The notes under the pieces: generated by a model
What the model was told of the DNA's origin: nothing
The model's input: only the letters and a program-made list of their open reading frames with translations
Database searches by the model: none
In this document: positions 1 to 13,300 of the stretch, one piece after another
How positions within the stretch are numbered: the first letter of the stretch is position 1
Layout: each line of letters opens with the position of its first letter
Translations under genes and position numbers: made by a program
Origin: Malacoraja senta
Lineage: Eukaryota
Reading direction: 5' to 3'
Assembly (NCBI GenBank): GCA_038087875.1
Contig: CM075997.1
Location: forward strand, 2,978,001-3,042,000
DNA: 64,000 bases

Positions 1-420
1 GCGTGACTGCGTATGAACACGCGTGTTCATTGCACTGTGCGTGTGAACATGTGTGTGTGTGTACAAAATGTGTGCGTCAGTGGAGCCCACCCCCCCACAC
101 CCCTCCCTCTCCCTCCCCAGTCTTGTGTTTAGGTGTACAAGGGAATCTATCGTGCTCACAGGGAATACAATCTATGTGTGTGTTTGGGAGTATAAGGGGT
201 CTCTGAGTGTGTCAGGGTGTGTAGAGACCACGGGTGTGTGTCCAAGTGTGTAAGGGTGGATATAAGTTTGTGTTAGGTTTGCAAGGGGGGTCTATGAGTG
301 GTGTGTCAGTGTGCAAGGGGGTCTATGAGTGGTGTGTCAGTGTGCAAGGGGGGGTCTCTGTATGGTGTGTCAGTGTGTGTGTGGTGTTTGAAGGTGGACT
401 GTGCTCGAGTGAAGTGAGAT

Positions 421-720
421 GCACAGAATCTCTTGCCCAGAGTCGGGGAATCGAGGACCAGAGGACACAGGTTCAAGGTGAAGGAGAAAAGATTTAATAG
501 GAATCCGAGGGGTAACTTTTTCACACAAAGGGTGGTGGGTGTATGGAACAAGCTGCCAGAGGAGGTAGTTGAGGCTGGGATTATCCCAACGTTTAAGAAA
601 CAGTTAGACAGGTACATGGATAGGACGGGTTTGGAGGGACACGGGCCAAACGCGGGGCAGGTGGGACTGGTGTAGCTGGGACATTGTTGGCCGGTTGGGC
701 CTGTTTCCACGCTGTATCAC
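421..720 (+). mobile_element. CR1-like LINE 3' fragment
   Basis: SRTRGHRFKV...FFTQRVVGVWNKLP. Similar fragments at ~6660-6830, 11200-11340, 18765-18960, 19345-19640, 23290-23495/24290-24540, 25688-25995, 41905-42155, 49230-49530, 58505-58870 and 59100-59390. Confidence 0.85.
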
Positions 721-752
<32 letters not shown>

Positions 753-1154
753 CCAGTGTGTGTAGCGGCCAGGATGCAACATGCAGACAGACACAGGTGA
801 ACAAAGCGCGGCGGTGGAAGGGAGAGGGGAGAGAGGGAGGGGAGGAGGGAGGGGAGAGGGAGGGGAGAGAGGGAGGGGAGGGAGGGGAGAGAGGGAGGGG
901 AGGGAGGGGGAGGGAGGGAGGGGAGGGAGGGGAGAGAGGGAGGGGAGGAGGGAGGGGAGGGAGGGAGGGGAGAGAGGGGAGAGAGGGAGGAGGCAGCACC
1001 GACCCTCACGGCCCGGGATCTCCCCTCCCCGGCCCGGCCCTCGCCCCTCTGTCCCGGGCACCGGGCGGGGCTCCCTCCCTCCCTCCCTCCCTCCCTCCCT
1101 CCCCCCACATGCAGCCGCGGCGCCAGCGCAAAGGGCGGAGAGATGGCGACGTAC

Positions 1155-1185
1155 TGCAGTGTCCGAAGCCCAGCACCTGCCCCAT
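1155..1185 (-). CDS. RTN2: First coding exon of a reticulon-2-like gene (MGQVLGFGHC + phase-1 intron); gene continues left of the window
   Basis: Minus strand reads ATG GGG CAG GTG CTG GGC TTC GGA CAC TGC A|GTACGT in a GC/CpG-rich patch. The peptide resembles the recalled RTN2 N-terminus (human MGQVLPVFAHCK, intron inside the K codon). Only 10 codons are visible. Confidence 0.72.
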
Positions 1186-1249
1186 GTCCTGCCGCAGCCC
1201 AGCCACCTTGCCCCGCCGCCCGGCAACGCATCGCAGGCCCGCCCGGTCC

Positions 1250-1940
1250 TCCCCTCCCTCCCTCCCTCCCTCCCTCCCTCCTCTCTTCTCCTCCTCTCTC
1301 TTTCTTTCTCTCCCCTCCCTCCTCTCTCCTTGTCTCACTCACTCCCTCCCTATTGTTTTCTCGGCTTCACTCTCTCTCCTCACCCCCCCCCTTCTTCCTT
1401 CACTCCCTTTTCCCACCGTTACTTTTCTCTTTCCTTTCTTCACTCTCCCCCCTCTTCTCTCCCCCTCCACCTCTCCCCTCTTCCCTCCCCCACCCCCTCC
1501 CCAGCTCACCCTCTCCCCCCTCCCTTCCCTTTACCTCTCCCTCCCTCCTTCCGTTCTTTACCTCTCCCCCTCCGTCCCTCCCTCCCTCCCTCCCTCCTCT
1601 CTTTCTTTCTCTCCCTCCCTCTCTCCCCCCCTCTCTCTCTCCCCCTCCCTCTCTCCTCCTCCCTCTCTCCTCCTCCCTCTCTCCTCCTCCTCCCTCCCTC
1701 CCTCCCTCCCTCTCTCTCTCTCCCTCTCTCCCCCTCCCTTTCTCTCTCCCTCTCTCCACCCCTCTCTCCCCCTCCCTCCCTCCCTCCCTCTCTCCCTCCC
1801 CCCTCCCTCTTCCCTCTCTCCCCCTCCCTCGCTCTCTGTATCTCTCTCTCTCTCTCTCTCGCTCTTTATCCTCTGCTCCCCCTCTCTCTCTCCCCGCGCC
1901 CCCTCCCTCTCTATACCCTTTGCTCTCTCTCTCTCACTGA
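1250..1940. repeat. Polypyrimidine low-complexity tract; companion tracts at 820-990 (purine) and 2260-2875 (pyrimidine)
   Basis: Directly visible; accounts for the long Pro/Ser/Leu and Gly/Glu/Arg pseudo-ORFs. Confidence 0.95.
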
Positions 1941-3378
1941 TTCTCCCCCCTTGCCGCTGTTCCGCTGTGGTCTCCGGCTCCCAGACGCGCGGCGGACACG
2001 TCCCCCCTGGGGAGGGAGATGCTGCAGATGCGGGCAGACAAAGGCAGCGAGGAGGAGGAGGAGGAGGGTCGGGGAGAGACAGCGGGACTCGTGTAGGGCG
2101 GTGGTCGGGGCGGGGAGAGGGGGGCAGCTGCGGGGGGGGGGGGGGGGGGCGACTAGGGGTGAGGATTACTGCCAGAGGGCAGGTATTTGTTGGTAGAGGA
2201 GGTCTCATAGGGGTTGGGATGGGGGGGAGGAGGCAGTTAGTGGGAAGAATCCAACCCATCCTCTCCCACCTCATCCTATCCCCTCCCTCTCCCATCCCCT
2301 CTCTCTCATTCCCCCTCCCCTCCCATCCCCTCTCTCTCATTCCCCCTCCCCTCCCATCCCTCTCTCTCTATCCCCTCCCCCTCATCCCCCATCCCTCTCT
2401 CTCTCTATCCCCACCCTCCCTCTCATCCCCACCCCTCCCTCTCTCTCTCACCCCACCCTCCCTCTCTCTTTATCCCACCCCTCCCTTTCTCACCCCCCTC
2501 TCTATCCCCTCCCCTCCCTCTCTCTCGATCCCCACCCCTCCCTCTCATCCCCCCTCTGTTTCCTCCCCTCTCATCCCCTCCCCTCTCTCTCTATCCCCAC
2601 CCCTCCCTTTCTCACCCCCCCTCTCTATCCCCTCCCCTCCCTCTCTCTCGATCCCCACCCCTCCCTCTCATCCCCCCTCTGTTTCCTCCCCTCTCATCCC
2701 CTCCCTCTCTCTCTATCCCCACCCCTCCCTCTTTCTCATCCCACCCCCTCTCTATCCCCACCCCTCTCTCTCTCTCACCCCACCCCTCCCTCTCTCTCTC
2801 ACCCCACCCCACCCTCTCTCTCTCTCCCCCCCCCCCCGGTCCTGTTTCCTCTACTATCCCCACCCCTCCCTCCCATTCTGAGCAAGAAACATAATGCTGG
2901 AGGAACTCGGCGCTTTGGGCACTATTTGTGGAGAGAATGGACGGACATTTCAAGGCAGGGTCATTCTTCAGACTCTTGCGACAAACAGCGCACACGTTAT
3001 ATACAGTAAACTTTCACAAACAAATGTGCAAGATAATCAGAAGCTGTGTCTGTGTGGATGGGCAAACAGGTTGACTGGGACACCAGGGAAATGGAGTCAA
3101 AAGCAAAGTGTTGGAGTGTGCACCTTCGATTTTCCAGCATCTGCAGTTCCTTCTTTAACAAAGTGTTGGAGCAACCCAGCAGGTCAGGCAGCAGCCGTGG
3201 AGGGAATGCACAGAAGATTAGATTTCCTTCCGCAGATGCCTGTAAAAAACCTCAGCTTCCTGGTTTCTGCAGGATTTTGCTTCTTTGGCCAGGGCTCTGG
3301 CCTCGTGAGCCCCCTCTGCTGGAGGATGAATGGTAGAGCAGAGGCGTTTAGATGGTGACGGTCAGAGTAGCCCACATG

Positions 3379-3413
<35 letters not shown>

Positions 3414-6400
3414 TCAAGATAAATATGCACACGTTTGCACATTGTTTCTGTGCAAATGTTTGTGCCAAATCTTTTTCAGATTTTGGATTGAGCCTCACTT
3501 ACATTAATCGAATTAATTGAAAGATACAGCATGGAGTTTAAGAAGGAACTGCAGATGCTGGAAGATGGAAGGTAGACAAAACAGCATGGAAACAGGTTCC
3601 ACGCTGACCATCACTCACCCATTTGCACTGTTTCTATATTGTCTCACTTTCACATTCGCTCCCTCCACACCATGGGGGCATTTACAGAGGCCCAATCAAC
3701 CTACAAACCCGCACGTCTTTGGGATGTGGGAGGAAACCGGGAGCACCCGGAAGAAACCCACGCGGTCACGGGGGGAACGTGCAAACTCCACACTGATAGC
3801 ACCCGAGGTCAGGATTGAACCCGGGTCCCTGGTGCTGTGAGGGCAGCGGCTTTACCAGTTGCTCCACTCACTGTGCTGCTCAAACAATTTCACGACATAA
3901 GCAGAAATAATAGTTTTTGTGAATTGATTGAGGGATTAGCTCTGGCTAGAACACTGTACAGTGGCGCAGTGGTAGAGTTGCTGACTTACATACCCAGGTT
4001 CGATCCTGACTACGGATGCTGTCTGTACGGAGTTTGTACGTTCTCCCCGTGACGCGTGGGTTTTCTCCTGGTGCTCCGGTTTCCACCCACACTCCAAAGA
4101 CGTACAGGTTTGTAGGTTAATTGGCTTCAATAACAATTGTAAATTGTCCCTAGTGTGTAGTATAACAGGATTCGGTGGGCCGAAGGGCCTGTTTCCGCAC
4201 TGCATCTCTGAACTAACTGAAAGATATCAATGGGATGATCAGTCTGAAGAAGGGTTTCGACCCAAAACGTCGCCCATTCCTTCTCTCCAGAGATGCTGCC
4301 TGTCCCGCTGAGTTACTCCAGCATTTTATGTCTCTCTTCAATGGAATGGGCTTGAGTAAGGAATGGGAAAAGTTCTAAATCCACAACACAAGATAGACAC
4401 AAAATGCTGGAGTAACTCAGCAGGCCAGGCAGCATCTCTGGAGAGAAGGAGTAGGCGACGTTTCGGAATGGGCTTGTGTCGGAAGGAAAGCAGACGAAAA
4501 GTGCGGGAAGTCTGAAGATGGGTCTCGACCCGAAACGTCACCTATTGAGCATGAGAGGTATCAGACAGGAGGCTGGGTATGTGGCGTAGGTTGCCCCACA
4601 TGGAACTCTGCTTCCACAGAGTCAGATACAAGATTATCAGGCATCGCTCTTGAGGGAACAGTTCACCTTGGTTTTAGTTTTAGATCTTTTCCCATTCCTT
4701 AATCAAGCCCGTTCCATTGAAGATAGAAGTCAAAATGCTGGAGTAACTCAGCGGGACAAGCAGCATCTCTGGAGAGAAGGAATGGGTGGCGTTTTGGGTC
4801 GAGATCCTTCTTCAGATTTCATACACACTTTGTTTAAGAAGGAACTGCAGATGCTGGAAAATCGAAGGTACACAAAAATGCTGGAGAAACTAAGCGGGTG
4901 CAGCAGCATCTATGGAGCGAAGGAATTAGGCAATGTTTCAGGCCGAACCTTCTTCAGTCTGAAGAAGGGTTTCGGCCCGAAACTTTGCCTATTTCCTTCG
5001 GTCCATATATGCTGCCTCACCCGCTGAGTTTCTCCAGCATTTTTGTCTACCTTCCTGCACATTTTGTCTGTTTTCTTTCCTACACAAGCCCATTCCAGTG
5101 TTGTCTTCTCATGCCTTCTCCACAACTTATTGTCTTACCTATCGTTCGTCTGAAGAAGGGTCTAGACCCGAAACGTTGCCTAATTTCTCTCCTTTTCTCC
5201 AGAGATGCTGTCTGACCCGCTGAGTTACTCCAGCTTTTTGTGTCTATCTTCAGTTTAAACCAGCATCTGCAGTTCCATTCTGCACCTGAATTCACACCAG
5301 TATGCTTCGTCAGGCAGCATCCACAGTCTGGCATCGTGTCAAACACTTTGGGTGCTGGGGCTTGCTGGAATGCAAGGAATTCTTGTGGGATATGTCAATG
5401 TAAGAACATGTTGTTGCTAGGAGGGTTTTGCGGAGTTTCAGCGCACTGGGATTAAAGCCGGGACACGACAGCTTCACATAGAAAGAGGGGATTGTAAAAG
5501 AGGGGGATTTTCCTCGCACAAATATTCACGGGCAGGGTGTGAGGTTTTTATATTCGTTTTACCCAGGGCTATGGAGACACAATTGGAAAACGTCAGATAA
5601 AAGGGACCATAGAGTGATACAGCACGGAAACACACCGGGATTTGGTCTGTACCTTTTCATACCTCTAGGTTCCCTGTCCCCTGACCCTCAGTCTGAAGAA
5701 GGGTCTTGACCCGAAACATCACCTATTCCTTTTCTCCACAGATGCCGCCCGACGCGCTGAGTTACTCAGGCTTTTTGTGTCTATCTACGGAAACAGGCCC
5801 CCCAGCCCAACTCGTCCATGCCGGCCATCGGATCCAGTCCAATTGGTCCGTGTTTGGCTTATTTCCCCTCAAACTATCCCTGTCCATTCAGAAACAAATC
5901 ACACAAAATGCTGGAGGAACTCAGCAGGTCAGGCAGCATCTGCAGAGGGTATGGACTGGCGATGTTTCATGTTGCGACCCTTCAGGTTAATCAGTCTGAA
6001 GAAGAGTCCCGACACGAAATGTCGTTGGTCCATTACCTCCTTAGATATTGCCCGAACCACTGAGTTCCTCCAGCAATTTGTCTTTTTTCATAGCATTCCA
6101 GCATCTGCAGTTCCTTGTGTGGACTGATAAACTGATTCCAGTTCTTGAACTGCACGCATGTGTGTGACCTGGTGCGTCCTTCTCTCACGTAAATAATCTA
6201 GAACATTGGCTTAGATTTAAAAAAAAGATAGGTAGACCAATGAGATGTTTATCATGAAGATAGACACAAAATGCTGGAGTAACTCAGCGGGACAGGCAGC
6301 ATCTCTGGAGAGAAGGAACGGGTGACGTTTCAGGTGGAGACCCTTCTTCAGACAAAATAAAACTCATCCAGGAATATCAAACCCCATTTTGCAAAACATA

Positions 6401-6833
6401 CCATTACGGTGCAGTTGCGTAATCCAAACATTACAATCTTATTTAATCCTGCTCAGACAATGGAACACGCCCAAAACAGTTCTCCTAAATATTTATAAGA
6501 GCAAGACCTCTGACTCCACATGCCACTTACCCAACAGAAGTCACCCAACACCTCTCTTGACAAAAATGACTCAATGGAACAGTCTAATTTAGGGCCCAAT
6601 ACATCTCCCTGACTCAAATGACACAATGCAATCCAACAAGCAGACACACAATGAACACTTGCGGGGTGTCAGGGGTTACGGGGAGAAGGCAGGAGAATGG
6701 GGTTAGGAGAGTGAGATAGATCTCCTTGGCCCCCCCTCGGTCATGACTGACCATGGGTGAGATAGATCAGCCATGATTGAACAGGCCATGATAGACCTTA
6801 ATGGGGCAGAATGGACTAATTGTACTCCTATCA

Positions 6834-7033
6834 NNNNNNNNNNNNNNNNNNNNNNNNNNNNNNNNNNNNNNNNNNNNNNNNNNNNNNNNNNNNNNNNNNN
6901 NNNNNNNNNNNNNNNNNNNNNNNNNNNNNNNNNNNNNNNNNNNNNNNNNNNNNNNNNNNNNNNNNNNNNNNNNNNNNNNNNNNNNNNNNNNNNNNNNNNN
7001 NNNNNNNNNNNNNNNNNNNNNNNNNNNNNNNNN
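6834..7033. other. Assembly gap (200 N)
   Basis: Fixed-length N run; true size unknown. Confidence 1.
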
Positions 7034-7292
7034 GCCCAGCGGGAGGTAGGGTTGGGAGCGGCCGGCACCCGGTGCCAGCTCGTGTACGGACACCGAACCG
7101 AGCCGAGCTGAGGCGGGAGAGGGAGGGAGGGAGGGAGGGGATCGCCGCCGGGGGCCGGGCAAGGGGAAGGGGATCGAGTGGGAAGCGCCCCTCCCTGGGC
7201 CCAGCGCGGCGGCGGCGGGCGGCTCTCCCCGAGCCTGAGGGGCAGGAATGATCCCCTGGTTCAGTGAGGGGAGGGAGGGAGGAGCGCGGGGA
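7034..7292 (+). promoter_or_regulatory. CpG-island-like segment, possible first exon of an unidentified plus-strand gene
   Basis: Very GC/CpG-rich sequence not repeated in the window; ATG at 7248 followed by candidate donor TTCA|GTGAGG at 7263/7264. Confidence 0.4.
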
Positions 7293-7357
7293 ATGTGTGG
7301 CTCTCTTTGTTATTGTGTTTGTGTGTGTGTGTGTGTGTTGTGTGGCCCCAGTGTGTG

Positions 7358-7412
<55 letters not shown>

Positions 7413-7413
7413 T

Positions 7414-7452
<39 letters not shown>

Positions 7453-7540
7453 TCAGTGTGTGAGTGTGGCCCCAGTGTGTGTGTGTGTGTGGCCCCTGTG
7501 TGTGTGTTTGTGTGTGTGTGAGTGTTTGTGTGTGTGTGAG

Positions 7541-7575
<35 letters not shown>

Positions 7576-7605
7576 CCCCAGTGTGTGTGTTTGTGTGTGT
7601 GTGAG

Positions 7606-7649
<44 letters not shown>

Positions 7650-7759
7650 TCAGTGTGTGAGTGTGGCCCCAGTGTGTGTGTGTGTGTGTGGCCCCAGTGT
7701 GTGTGTTTGTGTGTGTGTGAGTGTTTGTGTGTGTGTGTGTGTGTGTGTGTGAGTGTTTG

Positions 7760-7791
<32 letters not shown>

Positions 7792-7799
7792 AGTGTTTG

Positions 7800-7872
<73 letters not shown>

Positions 7873-7968
7873 TTGTGGTGCGTCTTCTGCCTGTGTGTGA
7901 GTGTGGCCCCAGTGTGAGTGTTTGTCAGTGTGGGTGAGTGTTTGTCAGTGTGTGAGTGTTTGTCTTGT

Positions 7969-8008
<40 letters not shown>

Positions 8009-8790
8009 CTTCTGCCTGTGTGTGAGTGTGGCCCCAGTGTGAGTGTTTGTTTGTGTGTGAGCGTGTGTGCGTCTTCTACCTGTGAGTGTTTGTGGCCCCA
8101 GTGTGTGTGAGTGTTTGTGTGTGAGTGTTTGTGTGTGAGCGTTGTGAGCGTGTGTGTGTGCGTCTTCTACCTGTGTGTGAGTGGCCCAGTGTGTTTGTGT
8201 GTGTGTTTGTGTGTGCGCGTCTTCTACCTGTGAGTGTGTGAGTGTTTGTGGCCCCAGTGTGTGTTGAGTGTTTGTGTGTGGCCCAAGTGAGTGTTTGTGT
8301 GTGGTGTGTGTGAGTGTTTGTGTGTGGCCCCAGTGTGTGTGAGTGTTTGTGTGTGTGTGTGTGAGTATTGTGGCCCCTGTGTGTGTGAGTGTTTGTGTGG
8401 CCCCAGTGTGTGTGAGTGTTTTGTGAGTGTTTGTGTGTGAGTGTGTGTGGCCCCAGTGTGTGAGTGTTTTGTGGCCCTGTGTGTGTGAGTGTTTGTGTGT
8501 GAGCGTGTGTGTGTGAGTGGCCCCAGTGTGTGTGAGTATGTGTTTGTGTGTGTGCGTTCTTCTGCACTCCTGTGAGTGCGTGTGTGTGGCCCCAGTGTGT
8601 GTGAGTGGTTGTGTGTGTGAGTGTGTGGCCCCTGTCTGTGTGTGTTTGAGTGTGTGTGTGAGGCCCCCATGTGTGTGTGTGTGGCCCCAGTGTGTGTGTG
8701 TGTGTGGCCCCGTGTACGTGTGTGTGTGTGTGTATCCGTGTGTGTGTGTGTGAGTATCCGTGTGTGTGAGGCCCCAGTGTGTGTGCGGCT
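7293..8790. repeat. (GT)n-based complex tandem repeat with recurring GTGGCCCCAGT, GAGTGTTT and GCGTCTTCT motifs
   Basis: Directly visible. Confidence 0.95.
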
Positions 8791-9002
8791 TCTGCCCCTG
8801 ATGTGCAACATCGTGAGCATCCCGGGCTGGAGAATGCACCACCATACTTATTGTGTGGTCCCACCGTCGGGGTGGTTAATCTAATTTTTAACGTGTGATT
8901 TCCCCGGGGTGGTTGTTGAGTCAAATATTTAATGTATCGTCCCCAGGGGTGAGGGGTTGTGGCTCTGAGGATTCCAGGTTGGGGATTGTGCTCCGTTATG
9001 TA

Positions 9003-10325
9003 CAGTGCCCTCCATAATGTTTGGGACAAAGACCCATCATTTATTTATTTGCCTCTGTACTCCACAATTTGAGATTTGTAATAGAGAAAAAAAAATCACA
9101 TGTGGTTAAAGTGCACATTGTCAGATTTTTAATAAAGGCCATTTTCATACATTTTTGTTTCACCATGTAGAACTAACAGCAGTTTATCATAGTCTTCCCC
9201 CCCCCCCCCCCCCCCCCTCAATTTCAGGCCATCATAATGTTTGGGACACAGCAATGTCATGTAAATGAAAGTAGTCATGTTTAGTGTTTTGTTGCATATC
9301 CTTTGCATGCAATGACTGCTTGAAGTCTGCGATTCATGGACATCACCAGTTGCTTGGTATCTTCTCTGGTGATGCTTTGCCAGGCCTGTATTGCAGCCAT
9401 CTTTAGCTTATGCTTGTTTGGGGGGCTAGTCCTCTTCAGTTTTCTCTTCAGCATATAAAAGGCTTGCTCACTTGGGTTCAGATCGGGTGATTGACTTGGC
9501 CACTCAAGAATTCATCATTTTTTAGCTTTAAAAACTCATTTGTTGCTTTAGCAGTATGTTTGGGATCATTGTCTTGCTGTAGAATGAACTGCCGGCCAAT
9601 GAGTTTTGAAGCATTTGTTTGAACTTGAGCAGATAGGATGTGTCTATACACTTCAGAATTCATTATGCTACTACCATCAGCAATTGTATCATCAATGAAG
9701 ATAAGTGAGCCAGTACCATCAGCAGCCATACTCGCCCAGGCCATAACACCCCCACCACCGTGTTTCACAGATGAGGTGGTATGCTTTGGATCTTGGGCAG
9801 TTCCTTCTCCCCTCCATACTTTGCTCTTGCCATCACTCTAATATAAGTTAATCTTTGTCTCATCTGTCAACAAGACTTTTCCAGAACTGTGGTTGCTCTT
9901 TTAAGTACTTCTTGGCAAACTGTAACCCGGCCATCCTATTTATGCGGCTAACCAGTGGTTTTACATCTTGCAGTGTAGCCTCTGTATTTCTTTTCGTGAA
10001 GATTTCTGTGGACAGTGGTCATTGACAAATCCACACCTGACTCCTGAAGAGTGTTTCTGATCTGTCGGGCAGGTGTTTGGGGAGTTTTCTTTATTATAGA
10101 GAGAATTATTCTGTCATCCGCTGTGGAGGTCTTCCTTGGCCTGCCCGTCCCTTTACGATTAGTAAGCTCGCCAGTCTTTCTTCTTAATGACATTCCAAAC
10201 AGTTGATTTTGGTAAGCTTTAGGTTTGGCTGATGTCTCTAACAGTTTTATTCTCGTTTCTTAGTCTCATAATGGCTTATTTGACTTTCATTGGCACAACT
10301 TTGCCCCTCATGTTGATAAACCAAT
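9003..10325 (-). mobile_element. Tc1-family DNA transposon, defective, one TIR present (IR/DR type)
   Basis: TA|CAGTG terminus; inner direct repeat CATAATGTTTGGGACA at 9013 and 9233. Transposase pieces GRPRKTS, KHGGGGVMAW, QQDNDPKH and WPSQSPDLNP, with frameshifts. Confidence 0.92.
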
Positions 10326-13300
10326 GAGGAGCAATACAATACTCCAGGTACGGTCTCACCTGGGCCTGTACAACTGCAGTAGGACCTCCTTGCTCCTTAA
10401 CTGAAATCCTCTCGCAATGAAGGCTAACATGCCATTAGCTTTCTAAGGCTGCCTTGTGGGTGAGGAGAGAAATACACATCTATTTCTTATTGGAGTGATT
10501 GATGTACCCTATTTTTATTTCGTAGAATGGGAGATTTCCTACTAGATACACAGTGTTGTTGTCTAATTCCCCTTCAGTCAAATGCTTATTGGTGAATGTA
10601 TGTTCTGAGTTGTCACCCAAGAATAGGCTCTTGTTTCCTGTGATATGACTGTGTGCAGATTGTATGCTGATGAGGTGAGAGCCTCTGATCATTGAGCTGT
10701 GGGACTTTGGAAGCTTGGCATGGTGTGTGTGTGCGGTGAAATCTGTGGGAATTAGGACCGTCTGCTTGCCTGGTCTCAAGAGGTATGTAGCCTGTTCAAT
10801 CCATGAAAGTTATTCTTGCCACAAGTACTTGTTAATGTTTCCACCTTGCAGGATGTATGCTGTTAATAGAGACTTCGGGAGGCGGTGATGTTTTGTGAGT
10901 GGAAGGTGTGATAGTTTCTGCAGGTGTCGGTTACAGATCTCACTGACATCAGTGTTTAACTGAGGAGGGATTTGTAGAATTAAAACAGAAAATGCTTTGC
11001 AGGTCAAGCAGCACCAGTTTAGGAAAATAGGTATTGCTTCACGTCTGCCCAAGATGGTGAAAGGTAATTGACCTGAAAGGCTAACTTTGTTTTTCTTTCT
11101 TCATAGATGCTGCCTTACCTGCTAAGTGTTCCCAGCATAGTCTTTATTTTGGATTTTTTGCGTCTGCGGTATTTTCCTTTTGGGCATTGAGGAGTTAGCA
11201 AGTTCATAGGTTCCAGGAGCAGTGTTGGGCCATTCGGCCCATCAGGTCTACTCTGTCATTCAATCATGGCTGATCAATTTTCCCCTCAACCCCATTCTTC
11301 TGCCGTTTTCCCCCATAACCCCTGACACTCTTACTAATCTGCACCTTAAAAATATTGTGCCAATGAATGAACTGCAGATGCTGGTTTAAATCGAAGGTAG
11401 ACACAAAATGCTGGAGTAATTCAGCGAGACGGGCAGCATCTCTGAACTTCTTTAATGTCGACATACCTTGAGGAGATTTTGCAGTGGAGCGGACAAAATA
11501 TCTAGGAAGAACTGCAGATGCAGGTTTAAATCAAAGGTAGACACAAAATTCTGGAGTAACTCAGTGGGTCAGGCAGCATCTCAGTTAGATGCTGCCTGAC
11601 TGCTGAGTTACTCCAGCATTTTGTGTCTATATTAAAAATATCTAGTGACTTGGCCTCCACAGCTGCCTGTCAATCGGTGTGACCTGTCCTATGATAAGGT
11701 TCTTTATCACCCTCTTTGGAATAGGCTGATGAATAAAAGAGACAGTTCCCCTCTGGAATGAAGAACAGTTGGAAGGTTGTAGAAACAAAGAACTGCAGAT
11801 GCTGGTTGATATCAAAGATAGACACGAAGTGCTGGAGTAACCCAGCGGGTCAGGCAGCATCTCCAGAAAAACAGGATAGTTGATGATTCGGGTTGGGACC
11901 CCTTCGGACTGAAGGTGGGGAGGAGGGAGGGGAGGAAGGGGAAAGAACTGGAGGAATAGGTGAAATGAGCCAAGCTGACTCGGGGATGGGTGATTTCCAA
12001 CAGATAAACCACTAGTACATGTTCCTTAATGCCGAGGGTAACAGCCCTGTGTGCGGGTCACCAAGATTATATGCGGTCATCGAGATAGAACATGCTGGAA
12101 GCACTCAACCGGTCAGGTAGCATTTGAGTAGAGAGGAGGACTGATTTGGCATCTGCTGCCATCCCACCAACCTGCGTTGTATATCTTGTAGAAACAAGGA
12201 ACTGCAGCTGCTGGCGGGTCAGGCAGTATCTCTGGAGAATATGGATTGTGACATTTTGGGTTGAGACCCTTCTCCAAACTATGTATGTTGTTGTTCCACT
12301 GGGGCAAACGAGGGAGAATCAAACTCCCCAAGCGGGGAGTGTCTCTGCCATGGGGGCTTCTTCTGGACGATATTTTTGGGAGTAGATAATATTTTGGTCC
12401 AACGTATGCTGCACAGCAGACAATTGCGGGCGTGTGTTAGAAACTAACAGCAGGTGGGTGGTAGTGTAGTGGAGTTTCCAAAGATGAAGCTACTGATTAT
12501 ACAAACCTGACCCTAAAAGTTCAGAACAGATAGTGGGAGATCACCCTTCCTTTGTTCTTGCTCGTCAAAGCTGAATGCGAGGTCTGAAATATTTAGTTGG
12601 GATTCCCCTGTTCTGTTTGGCTTGGGGAATGGCTGCAGAGAAGGGCTCCCATTGTTTGCTTTGATCTGTGCCGTGCAGTCATGCTTTGTCCATCAGATCT
12701 TGTATCTCTCCACCTGGCTACGTGTGGCCTCTGGAACATGCAGGAACGTGGGTCCTTAGAAACCCACCCTCCACATTAGAGTGGGACTCGCGTCTGCTTT
12801 CTCCGGGCAGCTGTGATTCTTGAGACACACATGTAATGGTACCCAAGGTAAACACAAAATGCTGGAGTAACTGAGCAGGACAGGCAGCATCTCTGGAGAG
12901 AAGGAATGGGTGAAGTTTTTGGGTCAAGACCTTTCTTCAGACTTTTTGACCCGAAACGTCATCCATTCTTTCTCTCCAGAGATGCTGTCTACTTCAGTCG
13001 GAAGAAGGGTCTTGACCCGAAACATCACATATTCCTTCGCTCCATAGATGCTGCCTCACCCGCTGAGTTTCTCCATCATTTTTGTCTACCTTCAGGCTTG
13101 TAGGTTAATTGGCTTCGATAAAATTATAAATTGTCCCTAGTGCGTAGGATAGTGCTGGTTTGTACAGGGTGAATGCTGGTTGGCATGGTTTCGGTGGGCC
13201 AAAGGCCCCCTTCCGCGCAATATCTCCAGTCTAATTGAAGTGTATCTCAGGAAGACAATGCTGGAGTACCTCAGTCGGTCAGGTAGCATTTTGTCCTTTC

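Noticed and set aside
593..2995. Long ORFs (up to 728 aa) on both strands
   Set aside because: They arise from stop-poor C/T and G/A low-complexity tracts; only the 31-nt RTN2-like exon has homology and splice support.
4230..5280. Clustered ~30-bp recurring units resembling a CRISPR array
   Set aside because: Eukaryotic context, irregular spacing, both orientations, no cas genes; these are Penelope-terminus copies.
7248..9029. Cys/Val and His/Thr-rich ORFs
   Set aside because: Translations of the (GT)n array.
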